Part shown: positions 42,625 to 52,381 of the stretch, piece after piece
Position numbering within the stretch: position 1 is the first letter of the stretch
How the letters are laid out: each line of letters opens with the position of its first letter
From: Gemmatimonas sp.
GTDB lineage: Bacteria; Gemmatimonadota; Gemmatimonadetes; Gemmatimonadales; Gemmatimonadaceae
Length of the DNA: 64,000 nt
NCBI GenBank assembly: GCA_965279375.1
Contig: OZ257156.1
Location: forward strand, 3,872,001-3,936,000
Direction: 5' to 3'
Notes under the pieces: model-generated
What the model was told of the DNA's origin: nothing
The model's input: only the letters and a program-made list of their open reading frames with translations
The model's database searches: none
Program-made: the position numbers and the translations under genes

Positions 42625-43662
42625 TCAGGTCGTGAGTACTGACCAGTACTTCTCTTCGTCGTCGAGGATCTTGCCCGTGCCGCGCACCACGCACGTGAGC
42701 GGATCCTCGTCGACGTGAATCGGCAAACCCGTTTCCTGACTCAGCAGCACGTCGAGTCCGCGAATGAGCGCGCCGCCACCCGTCATCACGATACCGCGAT
42801 CGACGATGTCCGACGCCAATTCCGGCGGCGTGATTTCGAGCGCGCGACGCACGGCGTCGACGATCTGCTGAATGGGCTCCTGCACCGCTTCGCGAATTTC
42901 ACTCGAGTGCACGCGCACCGTCTTGGGGATGCCCGACACGAGATCGCGTCCCTTCACTTCCATCTCGCGTTCATCGCCAACAGGGAATGCAGATCCGATC
43001 TGAATCTTGATCTGCTCTGCCGTCGGTTCGCCGATGAGCAAGTTGTAGTTCTTGCGCATGAACTGCACGATGCTCACATCAAGCTCGTCGCCGCCGGTGC
43101 GAATCGACGTATCGCTCACGATACCCGAGAGTGCGATGACCGCGATCTCGGTTGTGCCGCCACCGATGTCGATCACCATGTTGCCTGTAGGCGATTCGAC
43201 CGGGAGACCAACACCGATTGCCGCGGCCATGGGTTCGGTCACCATGAACACTTCCTTCGCCCCCGCGCCTAACGCAGAGTCGCGCACGGCGCGCTTCTCG
43301 ACTTCGGTGATGCCCGACGGCACGCACACGATCACGCGCGGCTTCACCTTGAACACATGCTTGTCGATGACGAGCGTCAGGAAGTAGCGCAGCATCTTCT
43401 CCGTGACGTCGAAGTCGGCGATCACGCCGTCCTTCATGGGCCGCACCGCCATGATGCCATCGGGGGTGCGGCCAAGCATGCGCTTTGCCTCCAAGCCCAC
43501 GCCGCGGATCTTCTTCGTCTCGCGATCCAGCGCGACTACGGACGGCTCATTGAGTACGATGCCCTCCCCCTTCACGTAGATCAGGGTGTTGGCAGTACCA
43601 AGGTCCACCGCGATCGCGTTGGCCGGAAAAAACGAATTCGCCTTCTTGAAGGGCCAGAACAT
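42625..43662 (-). CDS. mreB: Actin-like protein MreB
   Basis: [28 protein letters not shown]. Confidence 0.98.
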   Translation of the reverse strand: MFWPFKKANSFFPANAIAVDLGTANTLIYVKGEGIVLNEPSVVALDRETKKIRGVGLEAKRMLGRTPDGIMAVRPMKDGVIADFDVTEKMLRYFLTLVIDKHVFKVKPRVIVCVPSGITEVEKRAVRDSALGAGAKEVFMVTEPMAAAIGVGLPVESPTGNMVIDIGGGTTEIAVIALSGIVSDTSIRTGGDELDVSIVQFMRKNYNLLIGEPTAEQIKIQIGSAFPVGDEREMEVKGRDLVSGIPKTVRVHSSEIREAVQEPIQQIVDAVRRALEITPPELASDIVDRGIVMTGGGALIRGLDVLLSQETGLPIHVDEDPLTCVVRGTGKILDDEEKYWSVLTT

Positions 43663-43727
43663 CCGAAAGTGTGCTCGACGGCGCGATGCGCCAGAGAAAG
43701 ACGGCAATAAGTGCAACGGCGAACGGT

Positions 43728-43756
43728 AAGGTATCGGTGGAGACTACCCCGAACAA
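43728..43756 (-). promoter_or_regulatory. Putative mreB promoter
   Basis: TTGTTC-N17-TACCTT. Confidence 0.4.
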
Positions 43757-43797
43757 GCCATTGCGATACCGTCACCTAGCGCATCGCGACCGACACC

Positions 43798-44913
43798 TCA
43801 ATCGAGGAACGTCGACGGCTCCACATACTCCAGACCGAACGAGTCCGCGACCCCGCGATAGGTCACCGCACCGCCCGACATGTTGAGCCCCTTGAGGAGC
43901 GCAGAGTTCTCACGCAGCGCGCGGGACCAGCCCTTGTTGGCCAGCAACAGGAGGTACGGCAGCGTCGCGTTCGTCAGCGCCAGCGTGGACGTCCGCGGCA
44001 CCGCTCCCGGCATGTTGGCCACGCCGTAGTGAATCACCCCGTCCACCACGTACGTGGGGTTCTCGTGGGTGGTCGGGCGAATCGTCTCCACGCAGCCACC
44101 CTGGTCCACCGCCACGTCCACGATCACAGATCCCGGACGCATCTTGGCCAGATCCTCGCGACGCACCAGCTTGGGGGCCTTGGCACCCGGAATCAGGACG
44201 CCGCCGATCAGCAGGTCGCAGGTGGAGATCTGCTCGAGGATGTTGTGCCGGTTGGAATGGATCAGCTGCACGTTGGCTGGCATCACATCCGACAGGTACC
44301 GCAGACGATCGAGGGAGAGATCGAGCAGCACGACCTTCGCGCCCAGCCCGGCCGCCATCTTGGCCGCGTTGATGCCCACCACTCCACCGCCCAGGATGAC
44401 CACCTTGGACGGCGGCACGCCCGGCACGCCACCCAGCAGCACGCCGCGCCCGCCGTAGAGCTTCTCGAGGTACTTGGCCCCTTCCTGCACCGCCATGCGC
44501 CCAGCCACCTCGGACATCGGCGTCAGAAGCGGCAAGTCACGATTGGGCAGCTCGACGGTTTCGTAGGCGATGCACGTCGCGCCGCTCGCCAGATGCGCAC
44601 GCGTGAGCTTCTCATCCGCGGCAAAGTGGAAGTACGTGAAGAGCGTCAGATCCGAGCGCAGGAAACCCCACTCCTTTTCGATCGGCTCCTTCACCTTCAC
44701 CAGCAAGTCGGCGTTGCCCCAGGCCGCGGCCGCATCGGCGACGATGTGTGCGCCCACCGCACGATACGCCTCGTCCTCGAAGCCGCTGCCGACACCAGCA
44801 CCCGTTTCGACAAACACTTCATGACCGCTGGCGACCAACGCCTCAGCGCCCGCAGGCACGAGCGCAATGCGATTCTCGTTGGTCTTGATCTCTTTCGGTA
44901 CGCCGATACGCAT
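43798..44913 (-). CDS. ald: Alanine dehydrogenase
   Basis: GVPKEIK, KVKEP, PMSEVAGR, AVDQGGC, VANMPGAV. Confidence 0.97.
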   Translation of the reverse strand: MRIGVPKEIKTNENRIALVPAGAEALVASGHEVFVETGAGVGSGFEDEAYRAVGAHIVADAAAAWGNADLLVKVKEPIEKEWGFLRSDLTLFTYFHFAADEKLTRAHLASGATCIAYETVELPNRDLPLLTPMSEVAGRMAVQEGAKYLEKLYGGRGVLLGGVPGVPPSKVVILGGGVVGINAAKMAAGLGAKVVLLDLSLDRLRYLSDVMPANVQLIHSNRHNILEQISTCDLLIGGVLIPGAKAPKLVRREDLAKMRPGSVIVDVAVDQGGCVETIRPTTHENPTYVVDGVIHYGVANMPGAVPRTSTLALTNATLPYLLLLANKGWSRALRENSALLKGLNMSGGAVTYRGVADSFGLEYVEPSTFLD

Positions 44914-44966
44914 GAGCGCGATATCCCGTAGTTGTGTGTCGCGTGAAGTAACGAGTCAGCGGCCCG

Positions 44967-46232
44967 TCAGCTGACGGCCTTGGGACCAAGACTGACCAGA
45001 ATCTGCGAAGTGGGATCGAAATACTCGCGAGCGACGGCAAGCACCGTCTCCGCGTCGATGGCATCCACCAACGCCATCAGTTCATCAATCGTGCGATGTG
45101 GCTCACCATACAGCGCCGTCGTCGCCGCACGATACATACGCGAAGACACGCCTTCCATCGACAACACGAGCTGACCGCGCAACTGGCGCTTGCCTGCGGC
45201 CAACTCGTCTGCGGGCAACCCGGACTGCACGACCTCGTTAAGCACATCGCGCACGGCATCGACGGCCTTCTGCGCGGTCTCCGGCGCACTCGCGAGATAC
45301 ACGCCATGCACGCCAGCATCGGCAAACGAAGAGCTGAACGTGTACACACTGTACGCCAAGCCGAGCTCTTCGCGCACGCGCTGAAACAAGCGCGAACTCA
45401 TCCCCCCGCCGAGCAGCATGCCCAACAACGCGAACGCATAGCGACGTGGATCACTGTGCGCGATCGCTCGACCGCCCAATACCACGTGCGTCTGCGCGAT
45501 GTCTGCTCGCTCGACGTGCACGGCGTGCGCCGGCGCAGCAACTGCGGGCGGCACCACGAATGGTGTGATATCGCCGCGCGCGCGCTTCATCCATCCCGTG
45601 CGCTCCATCGTTTCGAGCAGCTGGTCGTGATCCACACGACCCGACGCGGCCACGACCAATCGGCCCGGATGATACGCGCGCTCGTGCAGTGCCTTCAGAT
45701 GCGACACTTGCAGGCTCTTCACCGTCTCGCGCGTGCCGAGAATCGGGAAGCCGTGCGAGTGTGCGCCCCACAGCGCACGATTGTGCACGTCGAAGATCAC
45801 ATCGTCGGGGGTATCGTCGACCATGCTGATCTCTTCGAGAATCACTTTGCGCTCGAGCTTGAGATCAGCTGTACGCAGCGATGGCTCGAAGATCAGATCA
45901 CCGATGACCGCGGTCGCGTCGGCGAGATGCTCATCGAGCACGCGCGCCTGATACGATGTGTGCTCGCGCTCCGTGTACGCGTCGAGCGATCCGCCCAGTG
46001 TTTCGAGCGACAGCGCGATCTGCTGCGCACTGCGCTGCGCCGTTCCCTTGAACACCATGTGCTCGAGGAAGTGGGACACCCCCATCTCCTCGGCGCGTTC
46101 GTGCAGCGTCGCGGCGCGCACCCACGCCCCGAAAGCAACTGACCGTGCTCCCGGAACTGCTTCCGAGAGCACGGTCAGGCCATTCGCGAGATCCGTGCGG
46201 TGCAGGCCGGGCGCCGCCTCAGCGACGGCCAC
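44967..46232 (-). CDS. M16-family zinc peptidase (start uncertain)
   Basis: HFLEHMVFKGT inverted zinc motif, SSRLFQRVREELGLAY; typical position after pnp. Confidence 0.93.
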   Translation of the reverse strand: MAVAEAAPGLHRTDLANGLTVLSEAVPGARSVAFGAWVRAATLHERAEEMGVSHFLEHMVFKGTAQRSAQQIALSLETLGGSLDAYTEREHTSYQARVLDEHLADATAVIGDLIFEPSLRTADLKLERKVILEEISMVDDTPDDVIFDVHNRALWGAHSHGFPILGTRETVKSLQVSHLKALHERAYHPGRLVVAASGRVDHDQLLETMERTGWMKRARGDITPFVVPPAVAAPAHAVHVERADIAQTHVVLGGRAIAHSDPRRYAFALLGMLLGGGMSSRLFQRVREELGLAYSVYTFSSSFADAGVHGVYLASAPETAQKAVDAVRDVLNEVVQSGLPADELAAGKRQLRGQLVLSMEGVSSRMYRAATTALYGEPHRTIDELMALVDAIDAETVLAVAREYFDPTSQILVSLGPKAVS

Positions 46233-48396
46233 GTCCACGATCACCGCCGCCACCACCACCACCTTCACGGCGCGGCGGACGCTCACTCTGCGGCGCCTCT
46301 TCCGGCATGCCCTCGGGGCGCGGAAGCAGAGCCTTCATCGAGAGACGCAAGCGACCACGCTCATCACGATCCACCAACTTCACCGTGACGCGATCACCCT
46401 TCTTCACGACATCTTCCGGCTTCTCGACGCGCTCGTGGCGCATCTCGGAGACGTGCAGCAACGCTTCCGTACCCGGCATGATCTCGATGAACGCACCGAA
46501 CGCGGTGACGGTCTTGACGATGCCTTCGTACGTCTCGCCGACAACCGCTTCGGCGGTGATGGCCATGACCATCTGCTTCGCGCGCTCCATCGACTCGCCG
46601 CCAACGGCCGCGATCGTGACGGTACCGTCGTCCTCGACCGAGAGTTCGGCGCCCGTCTCTTCCTGGATGCCGCGGATGTTCTTGCCCTTCGGTCCGATGA
46701 GTTCGCCGATCTTGTCGACCGGGATCTGCACGGTGACGATGCGCGGCGCGTACTTGGACAGATCGCCACGCGGTGTCGCAAGCGCCTTGTCCATCTCGGC
46801 GAGGATGTGCAGGCGGCCTTCCTTGGCCTGCGCGAGCGCCTCTTCCATGATCTTGAGATCAAGACCTTCGATCTTGATGTCCATCTGGATGGACGTGATG
46901 CCGTCCTTCGTGCCTGCGACCTTGAAGTCCATGTCGCCGAGATGGTCTTCGGTGCCAAGGATGTCGGTGAGGATCGCGTACTTCTTGCCTTCTTTGATGA
47001 GCCCCATCGCCACACCGGCGACGGCCGCCTTCATCGGCACGCCGGCATCGAACAGCGACAGCGAACCGCCGCAAACCGACGCCATCGACGAGGAGCCGTT
47101 GGACTCGAGCACTTCGGACACGATGCGAATCGTGTACGGGAAGTCCGCGAAGTCGGGAAGCACGCCTTGCAGCGCGCGCTCGGCCAGGTTGCCGTGGCCG
47201 ATTTCACGACGGCTGGTGCCGCGCATCGGGCGCACTTCGCCGGTGGAGAACGGCGGGAAGTTGTAGTGCAGCATGAAGGAGCGCGTCACCTCGCCCGCTT
47301 CCTTGATCGAGTCGAGACGCTGCGCGTCCTTCGCCGTACCAAGCGTTGCGGCGACGAGCGCCTGCGTCTGTCCGCGCGTGAAGAGCGCCGAACCATGCGC
47401 TCGCGGCAGCAGCGTCGTGTCGATCGAGATGCCGCGCACTTCGTTGGGCTTGCGACCATCGACGCGAAGGCCCGTGTTGAGCACCTGCGCACGCAGCTCG
47501 TTGTATTCGACGTCGCCCAACACCGCGCTGATGTCCTTCGCGTTGTCCGGGAATTCGACGGCGAGCGCCGCAGCGGCTTCGTGCTTGGCCTTTTCGATGG
47601 CCTGCACGCGCGTCTGCTTGTCGGCCTGATTGAGCGCGGTCTGGATGGGCTTCGTGGAGACTTCCTTCGTGCGCGCGATAACCGCTTCGGCGGGCTCGGA
47701 CTTCTTCCACTCCATCTTCGGCTGCTGCACCTTGGCGAGCAGCTCATTCTGCATGTCGATCAGCTCGCGGATGCCATCATGCGAGATCTTGAGCGACTCG
47801 AGCACGTCTTCTTCGGTGACTTCGAGCGCGCCGCCTTCGACCATGACGATCGAGTCCTTGCTGCCGGCGACGATCAGCTCCATGTCGGAGAAGGCGAGCT
47901 GCTGGAACGTGGGGTTGAGCACCCAGTGTCCCTGCACGCGGCCCACGCGCACGCCGCCGATCGGTCCCATGAACGGGATCTTCGACGCGTTCAGCGCGAA
48001 CGACGTGGCGAGCAACGCCAACACGTCAGCGTCGTTCTCCTGGTCGGCGGAGATGACGTAGACGAACACCTGCACTTCGTTCTTGAAGCCTTCCGGGAAG
48101 AGCGGACGGATCGAGCGATCGATGATGCGGCACGCGAGGATCTCATGATCGTGCGGGCGTCCTTCACGCTTGATGAATCCACCAGGGATCTTGCCCGCGG
48201 CGTAGGACTTTTCCTTGTACTCGACCGTGAGCGGGAAGAACGGGAGCGGGCTCTGGTTGTCGCTGACCGTCACGGCCGCGAGCACCATGGTCTCACCGAA
48301 CTGCACGAGGGCGGAACCGGCGGCCTGCTTGGCCATGCGTCCGGTTTCGATGCTGAGCTGGCGCCCAGCGAACGTTCTTTCAATCTTCTGCATCAT
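46219..48396 (-). CDS. pnp: Polyribonucleotide nucleotidyltransferase
   Basis: RREIGHG, SNGSSSMAS, DHLGDMDFKVAG, KH and S1 domains. Confidence 0.98.
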   Translation of the reverse strand: MMQKIERTFAGRQLSIETGRMAKQAAGSALVQFGETMVLAAVTVSDNQSPLPFFPLTVEYKEKSYAAGKIPGGFIKREGRPHDHEILACRIIDRSIRPLFPEGFKNEVQVFVYVISADQENDADVLALLATSFALNASKIPFMGPIGGVRVGRVQGHWVLNPTFQQLAFSDMELIVAGSKDSIVMVEGGALEVTEEDVLESLKISHDGIRELIDMQNELLAKVQQPKMEWKKSEPAEAVIARTKEVSTKPIQTALNQADKQTRVQAIEKAKHEAAAALAVEFPDNAKDISAVLGDVEYNELRAQVLNTGLRVDGRKPNEVRGISIDTTLLPRAHGSALFTRGQTQALVAATLGTAKDAQRLDSIKEAGEVTRSFMLHYNFPPFSTGEVRPMRGTSRREIGHGNLAERALQGVLPDFADFPYTIRIVSEVLESNGSSSMASVCGGSLSLFDAGVPMKAAVAGVAMGLIKEGKKYAILTDILGTEDHLGDMDFKVAGTKDGITSIQMDIKIEGLDLKIMEEALAQAKEGRLHILAEMDKALATPRGDLSKYAPRIVTVQIPVDKIGELIGPKGKNIRGIQEETGAELSVEDDGTVTIAAVGGESMERAKQMVMAITAEAVVGETYEGIVKTVTAFGAFIEIMPGTEALLHVSEMRHERVEKPEDVVKKGDRVTVKLVDRDERGRLRLSMKALLPRPEGMPEEAPQSERPPRREGGGGGGGDRGRGRR

Positions 48397-48424
48397 CAGC
48401 TTTGTAACCTCACGAGAACGCAAA

Positions 48425-48455
48425 TCGCGCGGGTAGCATTTCTGCCCCCGCGCGA
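48425..48455 (-). terminator. Stem-loop between rpsO and pnp (terminator or processing site)
   Basis: TCGCGCGGG...CCCGCGCGA followed by TTTG on the minus strand. Confidence 0.5.
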
Positions 48456-48474
48456 CGAAATGGCGTGGTCCGGC

Positions 48475-48735
48475 TTAGTACCGGAGTCCAAGATCTTGAA
48501 CGAGCGCGCGGAACTCCAAAACGTTCGTGTTCTGCAGGTACTTGAGGAGCCGCTTGCGCTTGCCCACCATCTTGAGGAGCCCGCGCCGACCGTGATGGTC
48601 CTTGGCGTGGGTACGAAAGTGCCCCGTCAGGTAGTTGATCCGATCCGTGAGGATCGCGATCTGTACGCGGGTCGAGCCGGTGTCCCCTTCGTGGGCCCGG
48701 TACTTGTCGATCGTGAGTGCCTTATCGAACGCCAT
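48475..48735 (-). CDS. rpsO: 30S ribosomal protein S15
   Basis: [24 protein letters not shown]. Confidence 0.98.
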   Translation of the reverse strand: MAFDKALTIDKYRAHEGDTGSTRVQIAILTDRINYLTGHFRTHAKDHHGRRGLLKMVGKRKRLLKYLQNTNVLEFRALVQDLGLRY

Positions 48736-48818
48736 CGTCGTAATATTCTCCGCGCATGCTTATGCGCGTTGCGCAAGTAGATGCGCAAAGGTTCGCGCGC
48801 AATCGTAGGAAGCATGGG

Positions 48819-48847
48819 AGTTTACACGCGCCCACCCCTCCTGTAAA
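48819..48847 (-). promoter_or_regulatory. Putative rpsO-pnp promoter
   Basis: TTTACA-N17-TAAACT. Confidence 0.6.
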
Positions 48848-48857
48848 GGACCGAAGC

Positions 48858-50693
48858 ATGCCCGACCGCTACCTCGGCCGGCACATCGGGAAGTATCGCG
48901 TCATCCGCCTCCTTGGAGGCGGCGCGTTCGCGTGGGTGTACGAGGCGATCGATCAGGATCTCGAAATCCCGGTCGCGCTTAAGATTCTCCGCCCGGAATT
49001 CTCCGGGGACACCACCGCAGAGGCTCGCTTCCGTCGAGAAGCCTCCACCGCGGCCAAGCTCAGACACCGCAACATCGTCGTCGTACGAGACGTCGGGCAG
49101 ATCGACGGCGCCTCCTTCGTGGCGATGGACCTCCTCTCGGGCTCGGTGGGGCAGCGTCTCCGCAACGCCCGCTCCCTCCCGGAAGAGGACGTCGTTCGCC
49201 TCGGCATCGACGTCGCCGCGGCCCTGGGCGTCGCGCACGCGGCGGGCATCATCCACCGCGACATCAAGCCCGACAACCTCCTCATCGGCTCCGCAGGTGA
49301 AGCGGTCGTCGCCGATTTCGGTCTTGCCCGGGCGCTTGCCCAGGAGGCGGGGCTGAGCGCCACGAACCAGGTGATGGGGACCCCGCACTATTTCAGCCCC
49401 GAGCAGGCGCGCGGCCTGGAGCTCGACGGGCGCAGCGACCTCTACTCGCTCGGCGTCACCCTCTTTCGCTGCGCGACGGGTGTCCTACCCTTTGACGGCG
49501 ACGACTGGTACGCGGTCGGCCGTCAGCACATCGACGCACCCGTGCCGTCGGCCCGTACGATCGTGCCGACGCTCTCCGCGCCCTTCGACCAGCTGCTCTC
49601 GCGGCTGCTCGCCAAGCAGCCGGCCGATCGCTATCCGACGGCGGAGGCGTTGGGCGAGGCACTTCGTGCGCTCGGCAGCGCATCCCCCGATCGGGAACCG
49701 ACGCCACTCGCCGATACGGAGTCAACCGGCGGACCATTCCTCCCCCTCCCAGCGGGAGCGCCGGGTCACGTCGCCGTCAGCAAGTGGCTCGAGGGCAGCA
49801 CCGCGCCCGGTGGCGACGCCCTCGCAGCGATCTCCGCGCGCCGGCTCAGCCCAGCGACCACGGTCGGCATCGCCGCACTGTTGCTCGTCGGAGCCATCGG
49901 ACTACTCCGCGTCACCAACCCCGGGAGCCTGCCGCCGATTCTCGGAGGCACCAGTGGCAGCGCCGCACCGAGGGTGGATCCGCAAGCGCAAGCGCTGGCC
50001 CAGGCGCACATTCGCGACTCCCTCGCCAGCGACTCCGCGCAGCGCGACGTCCTCCAGGATTCGCTGTTCGACCTCGCCCTCGATTCGGCAGCTGCGACAC
50101 CGGGCTTGGCACCAGCACCAAAGCCCGTCGCCGGCGTCGCGCCGGCCGCTCCCGCAACCGGTGGCTCTCCGTCGCGAACTCCTTCCACCACGCCGTCGAA
50201 CATCGCACTGCTCGCATCACGCGCGCACGTCGTGATCAATACGGCGGATCGTGCGACGCTTTACGTGGACGGTCAGCGCGTGGGGCAAGGCAGTTGGAGC
50301 GGCGACCGACCGGCAGGAAAGACGGTCGATGTCCGCGCCGCGCTCGATGACGCGCCCGTGGACTGCGAGACCGCGCAGCGCGACAGTACGCTTCGGCTCA
50401 AGGCGGGCACGCGCACCACGGTGAGCCTGCCCGTACGCGGTTGCGTGGTGCTCAAGGTGGACGTCGACGCGGCGCAGAGCGATGCGCGACTGGTCTTCAC
50501 ACCGACGGATGGCGGAATCACGTTGCGTGTGCGTGCGGACAGTGCTTCCGGACGACTGCTGGTCCGCGGGAAATACGCGCTGGTCGCTTCGCTGGCGCGC
50601 TGCTACGAGTACCGCGACACGGTCACGGCGCGCGCCATGTCCCCCGACACCATGTTCCTTCGCTTCCGCATGGACTGCCGCGCAGGAATCTGA
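48858..50693 (+). CDS. Hanks-type Ser/Thr protein kinase with TM helix and PEGA-like extracellular region
   Basis: LGGGAFAWVY, ALK, HRDIKPDN, DFG, GTPHYFSPEQ; TM segment; ATLYVDGQ. Confidence 0.92.
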   Translation: MPDRYLGRHIGKYRVIRLLGGGAFAWVYEAIDQDLEIPVALKILRPEFSGDTTAEARFRREASTAAKLRHRNIVVVRDVGQIDGASFVAMDLLSGSVGQRLRNARSLPEEDVVRLGIDVAAALGVAHAAGIIHRDIKPDNLLIGSAGEAVVADFGLARALAQEAGLSATNQVMGTPHYFSPEQARGLELDGRSDLYSLGVTLFRCATGVLPFDGDDWYAVGRQHIDAPVPSARTIVPTLSAPFDQLLSRLLAKQPADRYPTAEALGEALRALGSASPDREPTPLADTESTGGPFLPLPAGAPGHVAVSKWLEGSTAPGGDALAAISARRLSPATTVGIAALLLVGAIGLLRVTNPGSLPPILGGTSGSAAPRVDPQAQALAQAHIRDSLASDSAQRDVLQDSLFDLALDSAAATPGLAPAPKPVAGVAPAAPATGGSPSRTPSTTPSNIALLASRAHVVINTADRATLYVDGQRVGQGSWSGDRPAGKTVDVRAALDDAPVDCETAQRDSTLRLKAGTRTTVSLPVRGCVVLKVDVDAAQSDARLVFTPTDGGITLRVRADSASGRLLVRGKYALVASLARCYEYRDTVTARAMSPDTMFLRFRMDCRAGI

Positions 50694-50741
50694 CAGCCGC
50701 GACTACGTAGCCAGCGCTCGCATCGCAGGCGAGCGCGCCAG

Positions 50742-51167
50742 TTAGCGAGTCAGACCGGTCGCGGCCGCACCGACGGCGCCACCCGCCGCAGCACCCCACC
50801 AGAACGTTCGCGCCCGCCACCACGGTGCGACGTCGCGCGCGATGAGCAGGACATGCGATGTATTCACGCGTGCGACCTGCGACGTAACCAACGCCGTGAC
50901 CGACTCGCCCTCGGCCGACAGCACACGCATGCGCGCGACGATCGCATCGCGACGCATCGGATCGACGGCGTAGACCGCCATGCCGGGTCGCACCCAGCGC
51001 GACTCCTTCGGGCGGAAGCGCGCGGTGCTGTCGTCGACGGCATCGATCTCGAAGCGCGCAGCATCACGGGGAATCGACTGCGCGGATGGTGACGTTGCGG
51101 TTGCGCTCCCCGACTTGCACGCGGAGAACACGAGAGCGGCCATCGCTACGACATGTCGAGTACCCAT
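50742..51167 (-). CDS. Hypothetical lipoprotein-like protein
   Basis: MGTRHVVAMAALVFSAC lipobox-like N-terminus; C-terminal hydrophobic Gly/Ala tail; 17 nt after rseP. Confidence 0.7.
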   Translation of the reverse strand: MGTRHVVAMAALVFSACKSGSATATSPSAQSIPRDAARFEIDAVDDSTARFRPKESRWVRPGMAVYAVDPMRRDAIVARMRVLSAEGESVTALVTSQVARVNTSHVLLIARDVAPWWRARTFWWGAAAGGAVGAAATGLTR

Positions 51168-51184
51168 CTTTGCTCCGAAGCGGT

Positions 51185-52381
51185 TCACTTGGTGAATAGC
51201 ACCGAGCGTAGATCGTTGAACGTGACGAGCACGATCAGTGCAAGCACCGCGAGCACGCCCACGCGCGCGAAGGCTTCGCGGGTGCGCCCGCTGAATGCAC
51301 TCCCCTTCACCGCTTCGGCGAGCACCATCAGGATCTGACCGCCGTCGAGCACAGGGATCGGCACGAGGTTGATGATGGCGATGTTCAGGCTCAGGAAAGC
51401 GATCAGCGACCACAGTGTTTCCGCGCCGTCGCGCGCCGCCTGCACGGACGTTCGCGCGATGGCAATCGGGCCGCCCAAGTTCTTGGCGGACACCTTGCCT
51501 GAGAACAACCCGGTGAGCACGTCCACCACGCTCGTGGCCATGCCCCATGTGACCTTGCCGCCGGACTGCACCGCCTGCACCACGCTGATGTCTTCGTGCG
51601 CGACCGTGTCGCGCACCATGATCCCGACGCGACCGACCTTTCGCTTGCCACCGGTTGCCGGATCATCCACTTCCGCGACGTTGGGCGTCAGCGTCTTCGA
51701 GAGACGGGCTCCACCGCGTTCAACCTCGATGGCGACGGATCCGGAGGTCACCGGCGAAACGCGATCGAGGACTTCTCCCCACTCCTTCACCGGAGCGCCG
51801 TTGATCGCGACGATACGGTCGCCGCGCGCCAATCCCGCCAGCGCTGCCGGTGCGCCAGCCACGACTGAATCGATGATCGCCGGGCGGTAAGGGTTGCCGT
51901 ACGTGTAGAACACGCCACTCGACACGCCGACGGTGAGCAGGATGTTCATGAGCACACCAGCCGACATGATGAACACCCGTGCGGGCACGGACTTGCTCTC
52001 CACCCAGCGGTCGGACGGCACGGCCTTGGGTCCAAACGGCGCGAGCCCATTCGGATCCCAGAGCCCCTCGGGTACATCATCCGGACGCTCCACCGGCGGA
52101 TCAAACGATCCACGATCGGCGCCACCCTCGATGCCCGCCATGGAATCGTCTTCCTTCGTGGCCATGCGGACGTATCCGCCGAGCGGAATCATCGAGACGC
52201 GGTAGTCCGTCTCGCCACGGCGCCAGCCAAAGAGCCGACGTCCCCAGCCCAGAGAGAACACGGGCGCGTATACACCCACAGCCTTGGCCGCGAGGAAGTG
52301 CCCGAGCTCATGGACGAAGACCACCAGTCCGAACACGAGCAGCGGTGCGACGTACGGCGAAAAATTCGAGAGGAGACTCAC
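51185..52381 (-). CDS. rseP: RIP metalloprotease RseP
   Basis: HELGH, PDZ, NLVPIPVLDGG. Confidence 0.96.
   Translation of the reverse strand: MSLLSNFSPYVAPLLVFGLVVFVHELGHFLAAKAVGVYAPVFSLGWGRRLFGWRRGETDYRVSMIPLGGYVRMATKEDDSMAGIEGGADRGSFDPPVERPDDVPEGLWDPNGLAPFGPKAVPSDRWVESKSVPARVFIMSAGVLMNILLTVGVSSGVFYTYGNPYRPAIIDSVVAGAPAALAGLARGDRIVAINGAPVKEWGEVLDRVSPVTSGSVAIEVERGGARLSKTLTPNVAEVDDPATGGKRKVGRVGIMVRDTVAHEDISVVQAVQSGGKVTWGMATSVVDVLTGLFSGKVSAKNLGGPIAIARTSVQAARDGAETLWSLIAFLSLNIAIINLVPIPVLDGGQILMVLAEAVKGSAFSGRTREAFARVGVLAVLALIVLVTFNDLRSVLFTK

Noticed and set aside
43749..43763. CCGAACAAG half-match to the candidate LexA box upstream of mreB
   Set aside because: The second half-site is absent; it coincides with a putative -35 element.
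45958..48780. 940-aa plus-strand ORF
   Set aside because: Antisense shadow of pnp/rpsO, typical of high-GC codon bias; no motifs.
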